In this document: piece after piece, positions 34,518 through 44,589 of the stretch
Numbering within the stretch: the first letter of the stretch is position 1
Layout: each line of letters starts with the position of its first letter
Assembly: GCA_027020915.1 (NCBI GenBank)
Contig: JALUVF010000028.1
Location: 1 to 62,616 of the forward strand
Length of the DNA stretch: 62,616 nucleotides
DNA from: a bacterium
Lineage (GTDB): Bacteria > Thermosulfidibacterota > Thermosulfidibacteria > Thermosulfidibacterales > B14-G1
Direction: 5' to 3'
Translations under genes and position numbers: made by a program
Notes under the pieces: model-generated
Told to the model about the DNA's origin: nothing
Database searches by the model: none
What the model saw: only the letters and a program-made list of their open reading frames with translations

Positions 34518-35942
34518 CTACCACTCTCCCGTCCTGAGATAGTGGTCTATGGAGCGGGCGGCCTTCTTGCCGTCCCCCACGGCCAGGATCACGGTGGCAG
34601 CCCCCCTGATGATGTCGCCACCGGCAAAGACTCCCTTCTTGGTGGTCTTGCAGGTCTCGGGGTCGGCCACGATGTAACCCCTGCGGTTGGTCTCCATGTC
34701 GGGGGTGGTGGAGGGCACCAGGGGATTGGCACCGGTACCGATGGCCATGACCACCATGTCCACGTCCATGATGAACTCGGAGCCCTCTATGGGCACGGGA
34801 CGACGACGGCCCGACTCGTCGGGCTCGCCCAGCTCCATGCGGATGCACTTCATGCCCTTCACCCAGCCCTTCTCGTCCCCCAGGATCTCCACGGGATTCA
34901 CCAGCATGTCGAAGATGACACCCTCCTCCTCGGCGTTTTCAATCTCCTCATTCCTGGCGGGCATCTCCTTCCGGCTCCGGCGATACACGATGTGGGCCTC
35001 CTCGGCTCCCAGGCGCAGGGCCGTTCTCACGGCGTCCATGGCCACGTTGCCACCGCCCACCACGGCCACTTTGCGCCCCACCTTGATAGGGGTGTCGTAC
35101 TCGGGGAAGAGGTAGGCCTTCATGAGGTTGTTCCTGGTGAGGAACTCGTTGGCGGAATAGACGCCGTTGAGGTTCTCCCCGGGAATATCCATGAACCAGG
35201 GAAGACCCGCACCCACTCCCAGGAACACGGCATCGAAGCCCTCCTCCTTGAGGAGGTCATCCACGGTGAAGGTCTTGCCCACCACCACGTCGCAGTAGAG
35301 CTTCACCCCCAGCTTCTGGATGTAGTCCACCTCCCTCTGGACGATGGCCTTGGGCAACCTGAACTCGGGAATACCGTAGACCAGCACTCCCCCCGCCTTG
35401 TGGAGGGCCTCGAAGATGACCACCTCGTGGCCCATAAGGGCCAGATCGGCCGCCACGGTGAGACCCGCAGGACCGGAACCCACCACGGCCACCCTCTTGC
35501 CCGTCCTGGGAGGTAACTGGGGAACCTCCACAGCCCCCACGGCGGCCTCATAGTCGGCCACAAAGCGCTCCAGCCTGCCGATGGCCACGGGGGCACCCTT
35601 CTTGTTGAGGACGCACACCTCCTCGCACTGCTCCTCCTGGGGACAGACACGGCCGCACACGGCGGGCAGGGCGTTGGTCTCTTTGATCTTGCGGCTGGCC
35701 TCCACGAACTTCTTCTCCACCACGAGCTGGATGAACTCGGGGATCTTCACCTCGGCGGGGCATCCATCGATGCAGACAGGCCTCTTACACTGGAGACAGC
35801 GCTCGGCTTCGGCCACGGCCATCTCTTCCGTGTAACCCAGGGCCACCTCGTTGAAGTTCTTGATCCTCTCCCTAGGGTCCTGACGGGGCATCTCCATCCG
35901 GTTGAGATTGAGCCCCTTTCTGGGTTTCTTCTCATCAGCCAT
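34518..35942 (-). CDS. nfnB: NADPH-dependent FAD/Fe-S oxidoreductase, GltD/SudA/NfnB family (large subunit)
   Basis: FNEVALGYTEEMAVAEAERCLQCKRPVCIDGCPAEVKIPEFI...CGRVCPQEEQCEEVC...VAVVGSGPAGLTVAADL...VAVVGGGNVAMDA. ATG 35942 shares one nt with the nfnA TGA. GTG 35948 is an alternative start. Confidence 0.9.
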   Translation of the reverse strand: MADEKKPRKGLNLNRMEMPRQDPRERIKNFNEVALGYTEEMAVAEAERCLQCKRPVCIDGCPAEVKIPEFIQLVVEKKFVEASRKIKETNALPAVCGRVCPQEEQCEEVCVLNKKGAPVAIGRLERFVADYEAAVGAVEVPQLPPRTGKRVAVVGSGPAGLTVAADLALMGHEVVIFEALHKAGGVLVYGIPEFRLPKAIVQREVDYIQKLGVKLYCDVVVGKTFTVDDLLKEEGFDAVFLGVGAGLPWFMDIPGENLNGVYSANEFLTRNNLMKAYLFPEYDTPIKVGRKVAVVGGGNVAMDAVRTALRLGAEEAHIVYRRSRKEMPARNEEIENAEEEGVIFDMLVNPVEILGDEKGWVKGMKCIRMELGEPDESGRRRPVPIEGSEFIMDVDMVVMAIGTGANPLVPSTTPDMETNRRGYIVADPETCKTTKKGVFAGGDIIRGAATVILAVGDGKKAARSIDHYLRTGEW

Positions 35943-36793
35943 CAGCACACCCCCTGAAAGGCCTCGGGATGCTCCTGTCTGAACTTTTCCAAGGCCAGTT
36001 TCTCTTCCTCCAGGTACATCTGCTGCCTCATCATGAGTTCGTCGTAGTCCACCTGGTAACCGTCAAACTCGGGACCGTCCACACACACAAAACGGGTGAC
36101 TCCACCCACAGAGACCCGGCAGGCACCACACATACCCGTGGCATCCACCATGATGGAGTTGAGACTCACCACCAGGGGCACCTTATAGGGCTCTGCCGTC
36201 TTGGTCACAAACTTCATCATGATGACGGGGCCGATGGCCACCACCATATCCACCTGCCCTTCCCTGTCCAGCACCTGTTTCAGGGCATCGGTAACGAACC
36301 CGTGCATCCCGTAGGATCCGTCGTCCGTGGTGACGATGAGCTCGTCGGAGATGGCCTTCATGTCCTCTTCCAGGATGAGGAGATCCTTGGTCCGGGCACC
36401 GATTATGGATATGAGCCTGTTGCCCGCCTCCTTCATGCCCTTGGCAATGGGATAAAGGGGAGCGATGCCGACACCACCTCCCACACACACCACCGTGCCA
36501 AAGTTTTCGATGTGGGTGGGCCTGCCCAAGGGACCCACCACGTCCATGAAGGCATCCCCGGGGTTCATGAGGCCCATGTGGAAGGTGCTCTTCCCCACCT
36601 TCTGGAAGATGAGGCAGATGGTTCCCTCCTCCACGTTCTTGTCCACCACCGTGAGGGGCACCCGCTCTCCCCTCTCATTCATCTTCACGATGACAAACTG
36701 GCCGGGTTTGTGCTTCTTCGCCACCCACGGTGCTTCCACCCACAGTTCTGTAATGGTGGGGTGCCACTCCTTTTTCCTTACCACCTTGAACAT
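35942..36793 (-). CDS. nfnA: ferredoxin-NADP reductase-like subunit, SudB/NfnA family (small subunit)
   Basis: The 283-aa product contains PGQFVIVKMNERGERVPLTV, VVCVGGGVGIAPLYPIAKG and the C-terminal 2Fe-2S motif VDATGMCGACRV...FVCVDGPEF. Confidence 0.9.
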   Translation of the reverse strand: MFKVVRKKEWHPTITELWVEAPWVAKKHKPGQFVIVKMNERGERVPLTVVDKNVEEGTICLIFQKVGKSTFHMGLMNPGDAFMDVVGPLGRPTHIENFGTVVCVGGGVGIAPLYPIAKGMKEAGNRLISIIGARTKDLLILEEDMKAISDELIVTTDDGSYGMHGFVTDALKQVLDREGQVDMVVAIGPVIMMKFVTKTAEPYKVPLVVSLNSIMVDATGMCGACRVSVGGVTRFVCVDGPEFDGYQVDYDELMMRQQMYLEEEKLALEKFRQEHPEAFQGVC

Positions 36794-36994
36794 AGGTCCA
36801 CTCCTTTCCTCCTTCTATGCCTTTTACTCGAAGCCTTTCCTCTTGGATCAAAAACACCGGGGCACTACTTATCCCATAAGCCCCCAGGAAATCAAGGGCT
36901 TCACGTTGAACGCCGTTTTTTATTTACCCCTTGCTAGAATCTCGGCCTATAGACTAGACTGGGCAAAGCGGTAAAAAAGCGATGGGAGGAGCCC

Positions 36995-38716
36995 ATGAAC
37001 AGAACCGCTCTCGCCCTCTTCATCCTGTTGAGCCTCATGGCCACAGGGTGCACCTTCCATCAGATCCTCCACCCCTCTGCCGACCTCCAACCCCAGATGG
37101 CTTCCAAGCCACCCCCTCCTCCCCCGAAAAACACGCCCACCACCTCTCCCACCCCCCAGGAGGAGAAGGCTCCATCTCCTCCCACGGCCCTCCAGGCCCA
37201 TCAAGAGAAAAAGCCCCCCTTCAGCCTGGAGGAGGAACTCTACTGGGAGCGTCTCTCCAACGAGGAACTGGTGGAAGAGGTGGAAAGGGGCAGCGACATG
37301 GGCATCTCCATCAACAGCCAGGTAGAGGCCTTCCTGAATTACTACTCGGGCCCCGGGAAGAGGGTCTTTCTCAGGTACTGGCAACGGGGGGAACGGTACA
37401 TCCCCATGGTGAAGAGAATCCTCAAGAAAGAGGGGCTCCCCGAAGACCTGGCCTACCTTCCCATCCTGGAAAGCGGATACTGGGCCACGGCCCTCTCTCC
37501 ATCCAGGGCCCTGGGTTACTGGCAGTTCATCAGATCCACGGCCAGGCTATACGGCCTCAGGATCAATCCCTGGGTGGATGAAAGGATGGACATAGAGAAG
37601 TCCACCAGGGCCGCCGCGCGCTACTTAAAAGACCTCTACAACCGCTTTGGAAGCTGGGAACTGGCCATAGCCGCCTACAACGCCGGGCCCATCAGGATCG
37701 AACAGGCCATGAAGAGGAGCAGAAGCAAGAACTTCTGGGTCCTCTCCCGGCATCTGAAGAAGGAGACCCGGGAATACGTGCCCAGATTCATGGCCATTCT
37801 CCTTTTGGTCCACAACCCAGATCTATACGACCTCCCCAACCTCGATCCTCCCGTCCCCCTGAACTACGAGAAGGTGAAGGTCAAAGGCATGGTGAACCTC
37901 AAGAGGTTGGCCAGACTGGCGGGCATCAGGTACAGATCCCTGAAACGCCTCAACCCCGCCCTCAAGAAATGGGTGACCCCTCCCGGCCCTCCCTACGAGC
38001 TGAAGGTGCCCCGGGGATACGGCCGAAAGGTGGCCAGCATCCTCTCAAACCCCAGATACGCCGGATCCCTGTATCCCGTGCCCGACGCCCACGGCAACCG
38101 GTGGATCAGGCACAGGCTGGCCCGGGGGGAATCCCTATACACCCTGGCCCGGTTCTACGGCGTGCCCCTCTACACCCTGGTCACCGTCAACGGCATCACC
38201 AACCCCCGGCGCATCAGGGCAGGGAAAACCATCCTCATTCCCGCCTCCCTCAGGAAGATTTGGCTGGCCAGGAGGCGGCGGACCACCAGGAGGGTGGCGA
38301 GGGTGAAAACCGCCTCCGGGGAGAGGGTCTACAGGGTCCGGGAAGGGGACAGCCTCTGGAGGATCGCCAGGTCCTTCTCAGTGAGGGTCCGGGACATAAA
38401 GAAAAGAAACGGCCTGAGAAGGGCCAGCATAAAGCCCGGCGACCTGCTGATCATACCCAGGCCCGTTCCAACGGCCCGCCGGACCCCCCGGCACCTGGCC
38501 TCCAGGAGGCCATACCCCAGGAAGGGGATCATCACCTACAGGGTGAAAAAGGGGGACAACCTGTGGAAGATCGCCCGCTCCTTCTCCGTGGGGGTGGAGG
38601 ACATAAAACGGTGGAACGGTCTGAAAAGGAACATCCTCCACCCCGGGAGGACCCTGGTCATATACGCCTCCAACAAGAGGAAGGGAAGAGGCAGGGTGGC
38701 ACAGGATAGAAGCTGA
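36995..38716 (+). CDS. lytic transglycosylase (MltD-like SLT domain) lipoprotein with C-terminal LysM repeats
   Basis: Lipobox (LLSLMATGC), Pro-rich linker, SLT core (LPILESGYWATALSPSRALGYWQFIRSTAR...AIAAYNAGP), and three LysM-like units (HRLARGESLYTLARFYGV, YRVREGDSLWRIARSFSV, YRVKKGDNLWKIARSFSV). Confidence 0.85.
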   Translation: MNRTALALFILLSLMATGCTFHQILHPSADLQPQMASKPPPPPPKNTPTTSPTPQEEKAPSPPTALQAHQEKKPPFSLEEELYWERLSNEELVEEVERGSDMGISINSQVEAFLNYYSGPGKRVFLRYWQRGERYIPMVKRILKKEGLPEDLAYLPILESGYWATALSPSRALGYWQFIRSTARLYGLRINPWVDERMDIEKSTRAAARYLKDLYNRFGSWELAIAAYNAGPIRIEQAMKRSRSKNFWVLSRHLKKETREYVPRFMAILLLVHNPDLYDLPNLDPPVPLNYEKVKVKGMVNLKRLARLAGIRYRSLKRLNPALKKWVTPPGPPYELKVPRGYGRKVASILSNPRYAGSLYPVPDAHGNRWIRHRLARGESLYTLARFYGVPLYTLVTVNGITNPRRIRAGKTILIPASLRKIWLARRRRTTRRVARVKTASGERVYRVREGDSLWRIARSFSVRVRDIKKRNGLRRASIKPGDLLIIPRPVPTARRTPRHLASRRPYPRKGIITYRVKKGDNLWKIARSFSVGVEDIKRWNGLKRNILHPGRTLVIYASNKRKGRGRVAQDRS

Positions 38717-38718
38717 CC

Positions 38719-38961
38719 ATGGAAGACTCCATCCTCCATACCCTGGAAGAGAAGATAGTAGACCTGGTCTCCAAGCTGGCCAAGGCCCGGGAGGAGAACA
38801 CCCGCCTCAGGGAGAGGGTCATCTCCCTGGAGAAGGAGCTGAAGGAGAAGGAGGAAGCCATCCAGAGGCTCACGGCCCAGAGGGACGCCGTCCAGGTCAA
38901 GATCGACAGGCTCATCAGGAGGATTGAAGAGTACCAGGAGATCCTCTCCAAGGAGGAGTAG
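38719..38961 (+). CDS. coiled-coil protein, ZapB-like
   Basis: The 80-aa product is entirely heptad coiled coil (LEEKIVDLVSKLAKAREENTRLRERVISLEKELKEKEEAIQRL). It sits immediately upstream of zapA. Confidence 0.6.
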   Translation: MEDSILHTLEEKIVDLVSKLAKAREENTRLRERVISLEKELKEKEEAIQRLTAQRDAVQVKIDRLIRRIEEYQEILSKEE

Positions 38962-38962
38962 A

Positions 38963-39256
38963 ATGGCCAAGGCTGAGGTGAGGATCTTCAACAAGACCTA
39001 CGCCCTAAAGGCCCCATCGGAGAGCCTGGAGGATCTCCTCAAGTACGTGGCCTATGTGGACGAGAAGATGAAGGAGGTGGCCCAGGAGAGCCGTCTGGTC
39101 TCCACAGAAAAAATTGCTTTGGTGGCTGCCTTGAACATCGCGGCGGAGTATTTTAAGGTAAAAAAAGAGTTGGAAAGATTGGAAAAGGAGATTGAGAGAA
39201 AGCTAAACCAGCTCGTTCACTTGGTGGAACAGGCTGGAGGAGAAGGAGGTCAGTGA
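38963..39256 (+). CDS. zapA: cell division protein ZapA
   Basis: MAKAEVRIFNKTYALKAPSESLEDLLKYVAYVDEKMKEV...KIALVAALNIAAEY is a ZapA signature. ATG 38963 is preceded by AGGAGGAG. Confidence 0.85.
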   Translation: MAKAEVRIFNKTYALKAPSESLEDLLKYVAYVDEKMKEVAQESRLVSTEKIALVAALNIAAEYFKVKKELERLEKEIERKLNQLVHLVEQAGGEGGQ

Positions 39257-39265
39257 AAGTGGAGT

Positions 39266-39450
39266 GGGTCCCCTGCTTTGCGCGTCAGGGGTGGCAACGA
39301 CTTGAGCCCAACTTAGTAACAGAGGGGATCCTATATTCGGGGCGAATGGGTATGCCCCCTGGAGGGGAAACCCTGAAACCCTGTGCGGAACCCCACCTGG
39401 CTGGAGCCAGGTTCAAGTTCACCCACCCGCAACGGCAAAGCGGGGGACCC
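39266..39450 (+). ncRNA. ssrS: 6S RNA
   Basis: About 185 nt. The 5' end GGGTCCCCTGCTTTGC (39266-39281) pairs with the 3' end GCAAAGCGGGGGACCC (39435-39450), giving 15 Watson-Crick pairs plus one G-U. Further interrupted pairing follows (GGGTGG/CCACCC, ACTTGA/TCAAGT), enclosing a large central region. The position just downstream of zapA, with 5-formyl-THF cyclo-ligase nearby, matches the conserved zapA-ssrS-ygfA synteny. Confidence 0.75.
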
Positions 39451-39560
39451 TTATATATAAGGAAACCCGAGGGGGAGAAGGAAAGGGATTTCATAGGGTT
39501 AAAAGTTTCAGGACGAAAGGCCCAACCCCCCAAGGTATCCGTCCCCTGATGAGCTGACCC

Positions 39561-39590
39561 CCTTCTCCACGGAGGACGGCGTGGAGAAGG
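39561..39590 (+). promoter_or_regulatory. perfect 10-bp hairpin enclosing the rarA ribosome-binding site and start codon
   Basis: CCTTCTCCAC (39561-39570), loop GGAGGACGGC, GTGGAGAAGG (39581-39590). The loop carries the SD sequence GGAGGA. The 3' arm begins with the GTG start of rarA. Confidence 0.4.
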
Positions 39591-40816
39591 CCCCTTTAGC
39601 CTGGAGGCTACGGCCCCAAAGCCTGGAGGAGTTCCTTGGACAGAGGCACCTCCTCTCCCAGGGGAAGCCCCTCCGGGTCATGATAGAAGAGGATATGGTG
39701 CGGTCGGTGGTCTTTTATGGACCGCCGGGCACGGGAAAGACCTGCCTGGCCCACATCATTGCAGCCAGGACCCAGGCCCTCTTCATAGGTCTGTCCGCCG
39801 TCACTGCCGGAAAGAAGGACCTCCTGGCGGCTCTGGACAAAGCCTCCAAGAGGTGGAAGGAGGGCCAGAAGACCCTCCTCTTCGTCGACGAGATCCACAG
39901 GTTCAACCGGGTGCAGCAGGAGACCCTCCTGCCCGCCGTGGAGGATGGACGCATCATTCTCATAGGGGCCTCCACGGAAAACCCTTATTTTGCCCTGGTA
40001 CCCGGGATCAGATCCAGGGCCCAGGTCTTCGCCTTCGAACCCCTCTCCCAGGAGGATCTGGTCACCCTCATGAAGAGGGCTCTGGAGAGGTACTATCCCC
40101 AGGTGGAAGGGGAGGCAGAGGCCCTGGACCTCCTGGCCCGCCTCTCCTCGGGAGACGGGCGCAAGGCTCTGAACAGCCTTGAGCTGGCCATCGCCATGGC
40201 CCAGGGCCACACCCCTCCCCGGATCACCCCCCGGATGGTCACGGAAACCTTCCAGAAGTCCATCCCCTACGACACCCAGCTCCACTACGACGCCATGTCC
40301 GCCTTCATCAAGAGCATGAGGGGGTCAGACCCCGATGCCACCCTCTTCTGGCTGGCCTTCATGCTGGAGGGAGGGGAAGATCCCCTTTACATAGCCAGAC
40401 GCATCCTGATAGCGGCATCGGAGGACGTGGGACTGGCAGATCCAGCCGCCCTCATCCTGGCCCATGCCGCCTACCAAGGGGTGAAGGAGATAGGTCTACC
40501 TGAAGGAGCCCTCATTCTGGCCCACGCCGCCCTCTACGTGGCTACAGCCCCCAAGAGCAACCGGGCCTACGAGGGGCTCAGAAAGGCCCAGGAAGAGGTG
40601 AAGAGACGGGGGGAGATCCAGGTTCCCCCCCACCTGAGGGACTCCAGCTCCTACACAAAAGGGGGGAGGTACCTCTATCCCCACAGCTTTCCCCAGCACT
40701 TCGTGGAGCAGGTCTACATGGATCACCCCGTCTCCTTCTACGAGCCCAGTGATGAGGGGAGAGAGGCCAAGATAAGGGAGCGACTCAAAAAGCTCTGGAA
40801 GGAACGGTATGGATAA
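39581..40816 (+). CDS. rarA: replication-associated recombination protein A (AAA+ ATPase RarA/MgsA)
   Basis: PLAWRLRPQSLEEFLGQRHLL...VVFYGPPGTGKTCLAHIIA...LLFVDEIHRFNRVQQETLLPAVEDGRIILIGASTENP...YDAMSAFIKSMRGSDPDA. Confidence 0.9.
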   Translation: MEKAPLAWRLRPQSLEEFLGQRHLLSQGKPLRVMIEEDMVRSVVFYGPPGTGKTCLAHIIAARTQALFIGLSAVTAGKKDLLAALDKASKRWKEGQKTLLFVDEIHRFNRVQQETLLPAVEDGRIILIGASTENPYFALVPGIRSRAQVFAFEPLSQEDLVTLMKRALERYYPQVEGEAEALDLLARLSSGDGRKALNSLELAIAMAQGHTPPRITPRMVTETFQKSIPYDTQLHYDAMSAFIKSMRGSDPDATLFWLAFMLEGGEDPLYIARRILIAASEDVGLADPAALILAHAAYQGVKEIGLPEGALILAHAALYVATAPKSNRAYEGLRKAQEEVKRRGEIQVPPHLRDSSSYTKGGRYLYPHSFPQHFVEQVYMDHPVSFYEPSDEGREAKIRERLKKLWKERYG

Positions 40817-41393
40817 GGTCCGCATCAGACGAGAGATGCTGAAGAGGCGCAAGGAACTCCCGCCCCACGAAAGGGAGACCCTCTCCAGGGCCATAAGGGA
40901 GAAGGTGGCCCTTCGCCCCGAGTTCAAGGAGGCCCGAAGGGTGGCCTTCTACCATCCCTTCTCGGGAGAGGTGGACCTCATGCCCCTGGCCCGGGAGGCC
41001 CTGGAAGAAGGCAAGGTGCCCCTCTTCCCCCGGGTGGAAGGGAAAGAACTGGTCTTCTGCTCCGTCCGGGGGGAGAAAGACCTGGAGCCCGGGTATATGG
41101 GAATCCGGGAGCCCACCACCCCTCCCCTGATTCAGGACGATATAGACCTCTTCCTGGTCCCCGCCGTGGCCTACGACCTGGAGGGCTACCGACTGGGCAT
41201 GGGTGGTGGTTTCTACGACCGTGTCCTTTCCAGAAAAGGAAGGTGGCAGACGGCCCTGGGAGTGGCCTTCGAGTTCCAGGTCATAGAGGTCCTTCCCAGG
41301 GACTGGTGGGACAGGCAGGTAGACCTGGTGATTACAGAGAGTCGGATGCTCACACCTACCACAATCTGGCATTTGAAAAGGAGGAAGAGATGA
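40809..41393 (+). CDS. 5-formyltetrahydrofolate cyclo-ligase
   Basis: The 194-aa product contains [71 protein letters not shown] and [12 protein letters not shown]. Confidence 0.85.
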   Translation: MDKVRIRREMLKRRKELPPHERETLSRAIREKVALRPEFKEARRVAFYHPFSGEVDLMPLAREALEEGKVPLFPRVEGKELVFCSVRGEKDLEPGYMGIREPTTPPLIQDDIDLFLVPAVAYDLEGYRLGMGGGFYDRVLSRKGRWQTALGVAFEFQVIEVLPRDWWDRQVDLVITESRMLTPTTIWHLKRRKR

Positions 41394-42949
41394 GTGCCAC
41401 AGCCCTACTTCTCATTGTGACAGCCCTGGTCCTTGGTGGAGCAGGTGGCTATTTGCTGAGGAACAAACTCCTGGAAATGAAAGTGAAGTCCGCCGAAGAC
41501 GAAGCCCAAAGGGTCCTGAAAGAGGCCCAGAGGGAGGCCGAGAGGATCAAGAAGGAGGCCATCCTGGAGGCCAAAGAGGCCATCTACAAAGAGAAGGCCT
41601 CGGTGGAAGAGGAGATGGCCCAAAAGCGCAAAGACCTGGAGAAGGCAGAGAGCCGTATCCTCCAAAAGGAAGACCACCTGGAGAAGCGGGAACGCCAAAT
41701 TGAAGAGAAGGAGAAGGAGCTCAGAAGCCTGGCCGACAGGCTCAAGAACCTGGAAAAGGAACTGAGCCAGCAGGAGAGCCAGCTCAAGGAGAGACTGGAA
41801 GAGGCCATCAAGAGACTGGAATACATAGCCCAGCTCACCAAAGAAGAGGCCAAAGAGGAACTCCTGAAGATGATGGAGAAGGAAGCCCGCAAGGACGCCT
41901 ACGAGCTCATCAAGAAGATAGAAGAGAGGGCCAAGGAAGAGGCCGACAGAAAGGCCAAGGCCATCATCGCCCAGGCCATCCAGCGCTACGCCGCCGAAGA
42001 GGTGACGGAGCACACCGTCTCCGTGGTGCCCCTGCCTTCCGACGAAATGAAGGGCCGGATCATTGGCAGGGAAGGGCGGAACATCAGGGCCTTCGAGTCT
42101 GCCACAGGGGTGGACCTCATCATAGACGACACCCCCGAGGCAGTGGTCCTCTCCTGCCATGATCCGGTGAGGAGGGAGATAGCAAGGAGGGCCCTGGAAA
42201 AGCTGGTGAAGGACGGCCGCATCCACCCCACCCGCATCGAGGAGGTAGTGAACAAAGTGGGCAGGGAGCTGGAGACCACCATGAAGGAGGAGGCAGAGGC
42301 TGCCGCCTTCGAGCTGGGCATCCACAACCTCCATCCCGAACTCATCAAGCTCCTGGGACGCCTAAAGTACAGGACCAGCTACACCCAGAACATGCTGGCC
42401 CACTCCAAGGAGGTGGCCTACTTCTGCTCCATCATGGGCGCCGAGCTGGGCCTCAATGTTACCCTTCTGAAACGTATGGGGCTCCTCCACGACATCGGCA
42501 AGGCCGTGGACCACGAAGTGGAAGGCTCCCATGCCCAGATAGGGGCGGAGCTGGCCAGGAAGTACGGTGAAAGCCCCGCCGTGGTGAACGCCATCGCCTC
42601 TCACCACGGCGAGGCAGAACCCACCACCCCCGAAGCCCTCATCCTTGCCGCCGCCGACGCCTTATCGGCAGCCAGACCCGGGGCAAGGAGGGAGATGGTG
42701 GAGGCCTACCTGAAGCGCATAGAGAAGCTTGAAGAGATCTCCCAGTCCTTCCCGGGAGTGGAGAAGGCCTTCGCCATCCAGGCCGGCAGAGAGGTGAGGG
42801 TCATCGTGAAGCCCCAGGATATGGGAGACGACGAAATCTACATGCTGGCCCGGGACATCGCCAAACGCCTGGAGGACGAGCTCACCTACCCCGGCCAGAT
42901 CAAGGTCCACGTCATCCGGGAAACCCGGGCGGTGGAATATGCCAAGTGA
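41390..42949 (+). CDS. rny: ribonuclease Y
   Basis: ATG 41390 overlaps the previous stop via ATGA. The product has an N-terminal TM helix ([19 protein letters not shown]), a long coiled coil, a KH domain ([15 protein letters not shown]) and an HD domain (HSKEVAYF...LLHDIGKA). Confidence 0.95.
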   Translation: MSATALLLIVTALVLGGAGGYLLRNKLLEMKVKSAEDEAQRVLKEAQREAERIKKEAILEAKEAIYKEKASVEEEMAQKRKDLEKAESRILQKEDHLEKRERQIEEKEKELRSLADRLKNLEKELSQQESQLKERLEEAIKRLEYIAQLTKEEAKEELLKMMEKEARKDAYELIKKIEERAKEEADRKAKAIIAQAIQRYAAEEVTEHTVSVVPLPSDEMKGRIIGREGRNIRAFESATGVDLIIDDTPEAVVLSCHDPVRREIARRALEKLVKDGRIHPTRIEEVVNKVGRELETTMKEEAEAAAFELGIHNLHPELIKLLGRLKYRTSYTQNMLAHSKEVAYFCSIMGAELGLNVTLLKRMGLLHDIGKAVDHEVEGSHAQIGAELARKYGESPAVVNAIASHHGEAEPTTPEALILAAADALSAARPGARREMVEAYLKRIEKLEEISQSFPGVEKAFAIQAGREVRVIVKPQDMGDDEIYMLARDIAKRLEDELTYPGQIKVHVIRETRAVEYAK

Positions 42950-43739
42950 CACCCTGAAGATCCTCTTCGTGGGCGACATCGTGGGAAAGCCCGGGCGGCG
43001 GGCCCTGAGGATGTGGCTCCCCCGCCTCATGGAGGAGTACGGTACAGACCTGGTGGTGGCCAACGGCGAGAACGGGGCGGGGGGGTTCGGTCTCACCCGG
43101 GAGGTGGCCCTGGAGATCCTCGACATGGGAGTGGACGTCATCACAAGCGGCAACCACATCTGGGACAAAAAGGAGTTCCTCCCCGTCCTGGACCAGCTGG
43201 AGAGGATCATCAGACCCGCCAACTACCCCCCCGGCGTCCCGGGAAAGGGCTGGCTGGAGGTAAGGACCCCGGCGGGATTCCCCGTGGTGGTGGTCAACCT
43301 GGAGGGGCGGATCTTCATGGATCCCCTGGACTGCCCCTTCCGTAAAGCCGACGAAATCTTAAAGCAACACCCGGAAAAGGTGGTGGTCATAGACTTCCAT
43401 GCCGAGGCCTCCTCGGAAAAGATGGCCCTGGCCTGGCATCTGGACGGCAGGGTATCGGCCGTAGTGGGCACCCACACCCATGTCCAGACGGCCGACGAAC
43501 AGATCCTGCCCTCGGGCACGGCCTACATCACCGACCTTGGAATGACAGGTCCCTCCCTCTCCATCATCGGCATGAAACCCCAGGACCCACTTAAACGCTT
43601 CCTCACCCACCTGCCCAGCCGGTTCGAGGTGGCCAAGGGTCCCGTCCAGTTCAACGCGCTACTGGTGGAGATCAACCCTGCCACCCGCAAGGCCACGGCC
43701 CTCAAACGCATATTCCTGAGGGAGGAAGATGGAAACTGA
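42939..43739 (+). CDS. ymdB: YmdB-family metallophosphoesterase (TIGR00282 type)
   Basis: [18 protein letters not shown]...[15 protein letters not shown]...[13 protein letters not shown]...[12 protein letters not shown]...[11 protein letters not shown]. It directly follows rny, as in Firmicutes. Confidence 0.9.
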   Translation: MPSDTLKILFVGDIVGKPGRRALRMWLPRLMEEYGTDLVVANGENGAGGFGLTREVALEILDMGVDVITSGNHIWDKKEFLPVLDQLERIIRPANYPPGVPGKGWLEVRTPAGFPVVVVNLEGRIFMDPLDCPFRKADEILKQHPEKVVVIDFHAEASSEKMALAWHLDGRVSAVVGTHTHVQTADEQILPSGTAYITDLGMTGPSLSIIGMKPQDPLKRFLTHLPSRFEVAKGPVQFNALLVEINPATRKATALKRIFLREEDGN

Positions 43740-44589
43740 GATCCTTTGGGGTAAAGAACTGGCCCGGAAGACCATAGAAAGGGTGGCCCAGGAAGTGGCC
43801 GCCCTCCAGGCCCGGGCGGGTAGACCTCCGGGACTGGCGGTGATCCTGGTGGGAAAGGACCCCGCCTCCCAGATCTACGTCTCCCACAAGGAGAGGGCCT
43901 GTAAACAGGCGGGGATCCGCTCCCTGAGCCGCAGACTCCCCGCCACCACCTCCATGGAGGAGATGCTGGCGCTCATCCACCGGCTCAATGGAGACGAGAA
44001 GGTGGACGGGATCCTGGTCCAGCTTCCCCTCCCCCCCCATCTGGATCCCTCCTCCATCATTGAGGCCATAGATCCCACCAAGGACGTGGACGGTTTCCAT
44101 CCTCTGAACATGGGAAAACTGGCCCTGGGAGAGGAAGGTATGGTCCCTTGCACCCCCAAAGGGGTCATGGCCCTCCTGGACCACTACGGTATCCCTGTGG
44201 AGGGCCGGGAGGTGGTGGTGGTGGGGGCCAGCAACATCGTGGGCAAACCCCTCTCTCTCCTGCTGGTAAACCGCATGGCCACGGTGTCGGTGTGTCACAT
44301 CAAGACCAGGGACATCTCCCTCTACACCTCCAAGGCAGAGATCCTCTTCACCGCCACGGGGGTGGCCCACCTCATCAAAAGGGAGATGGTGGCCCGGGGA
44401 GCCGTGGTCTTCGACATCGGCATCTCCCGCATGGGAGATAAGATCGTGGGCGACGCCGATTTCCATGGACTCCAGGGATGGGCCAAGGCCATCACTCCCG
44501 TCCCCGGAGGGGTGGGCCCCATGACAGTGGCCATGCTCATGGTGAACACCCTGGAGGCCTACAAGAAGAGGCTGGAGATGGTGCCATGA
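43729..44589 (+). CDS. folD: bifunctional methylenetetrahydrofolate dehydrogenase/cyclohydrolase
   Basis: PGLAVILVGKDPASQIYVSHKERACKQAGI...DGILVQLPLPPHLD...KDVDGFHP.N.GKL...CTPKGVMALL...VVVGASNIVGKPL...TPVPGGVGPMTVAML. Confidence 0.95.
   Translation: METEILWGKELARKTIERVAQEVAALQARAGRPPGLAVILVGKDPASQIYVSHKERACKQAGIRSLSRRLPATTSMEEMLALIHRLNGDEKVDGILVQLPLPPHLDPSSIIEAIDPTKDVDGFHPLNMGKLALGEEGMVPCTPKGVMALLDHYGIPVEGREVVVVGASNIVGKPLSLLLVNRMATVSVCHIKTRDISLYTSKAEILFTATGVAHLIKREMVARGAVVFDIGISRMGDKIVGDADFHGLQGWAKAITPVPGGVGPMTVAMLMVNTLEAYKKRLEMVP

Noticed and set aside
36794-36994. Divergent promoter region between nfnA and the MltD-like gene (TAGAAT, TTGCTA, repeated CTAGA units)
   Set aside because: Several hexamers resemble -35 and -10 elements, but none has convincing spacing. 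I could not choose a promoter with confidence.
39253-39549. A 98-aa ORF covering the zapA-rarA gap
   Set aside because: It has no RBS and an odd composition. The region has end-to-end complementarity and synteny typical of 6S RNA, so the RNA-gene interpretation is preferred.
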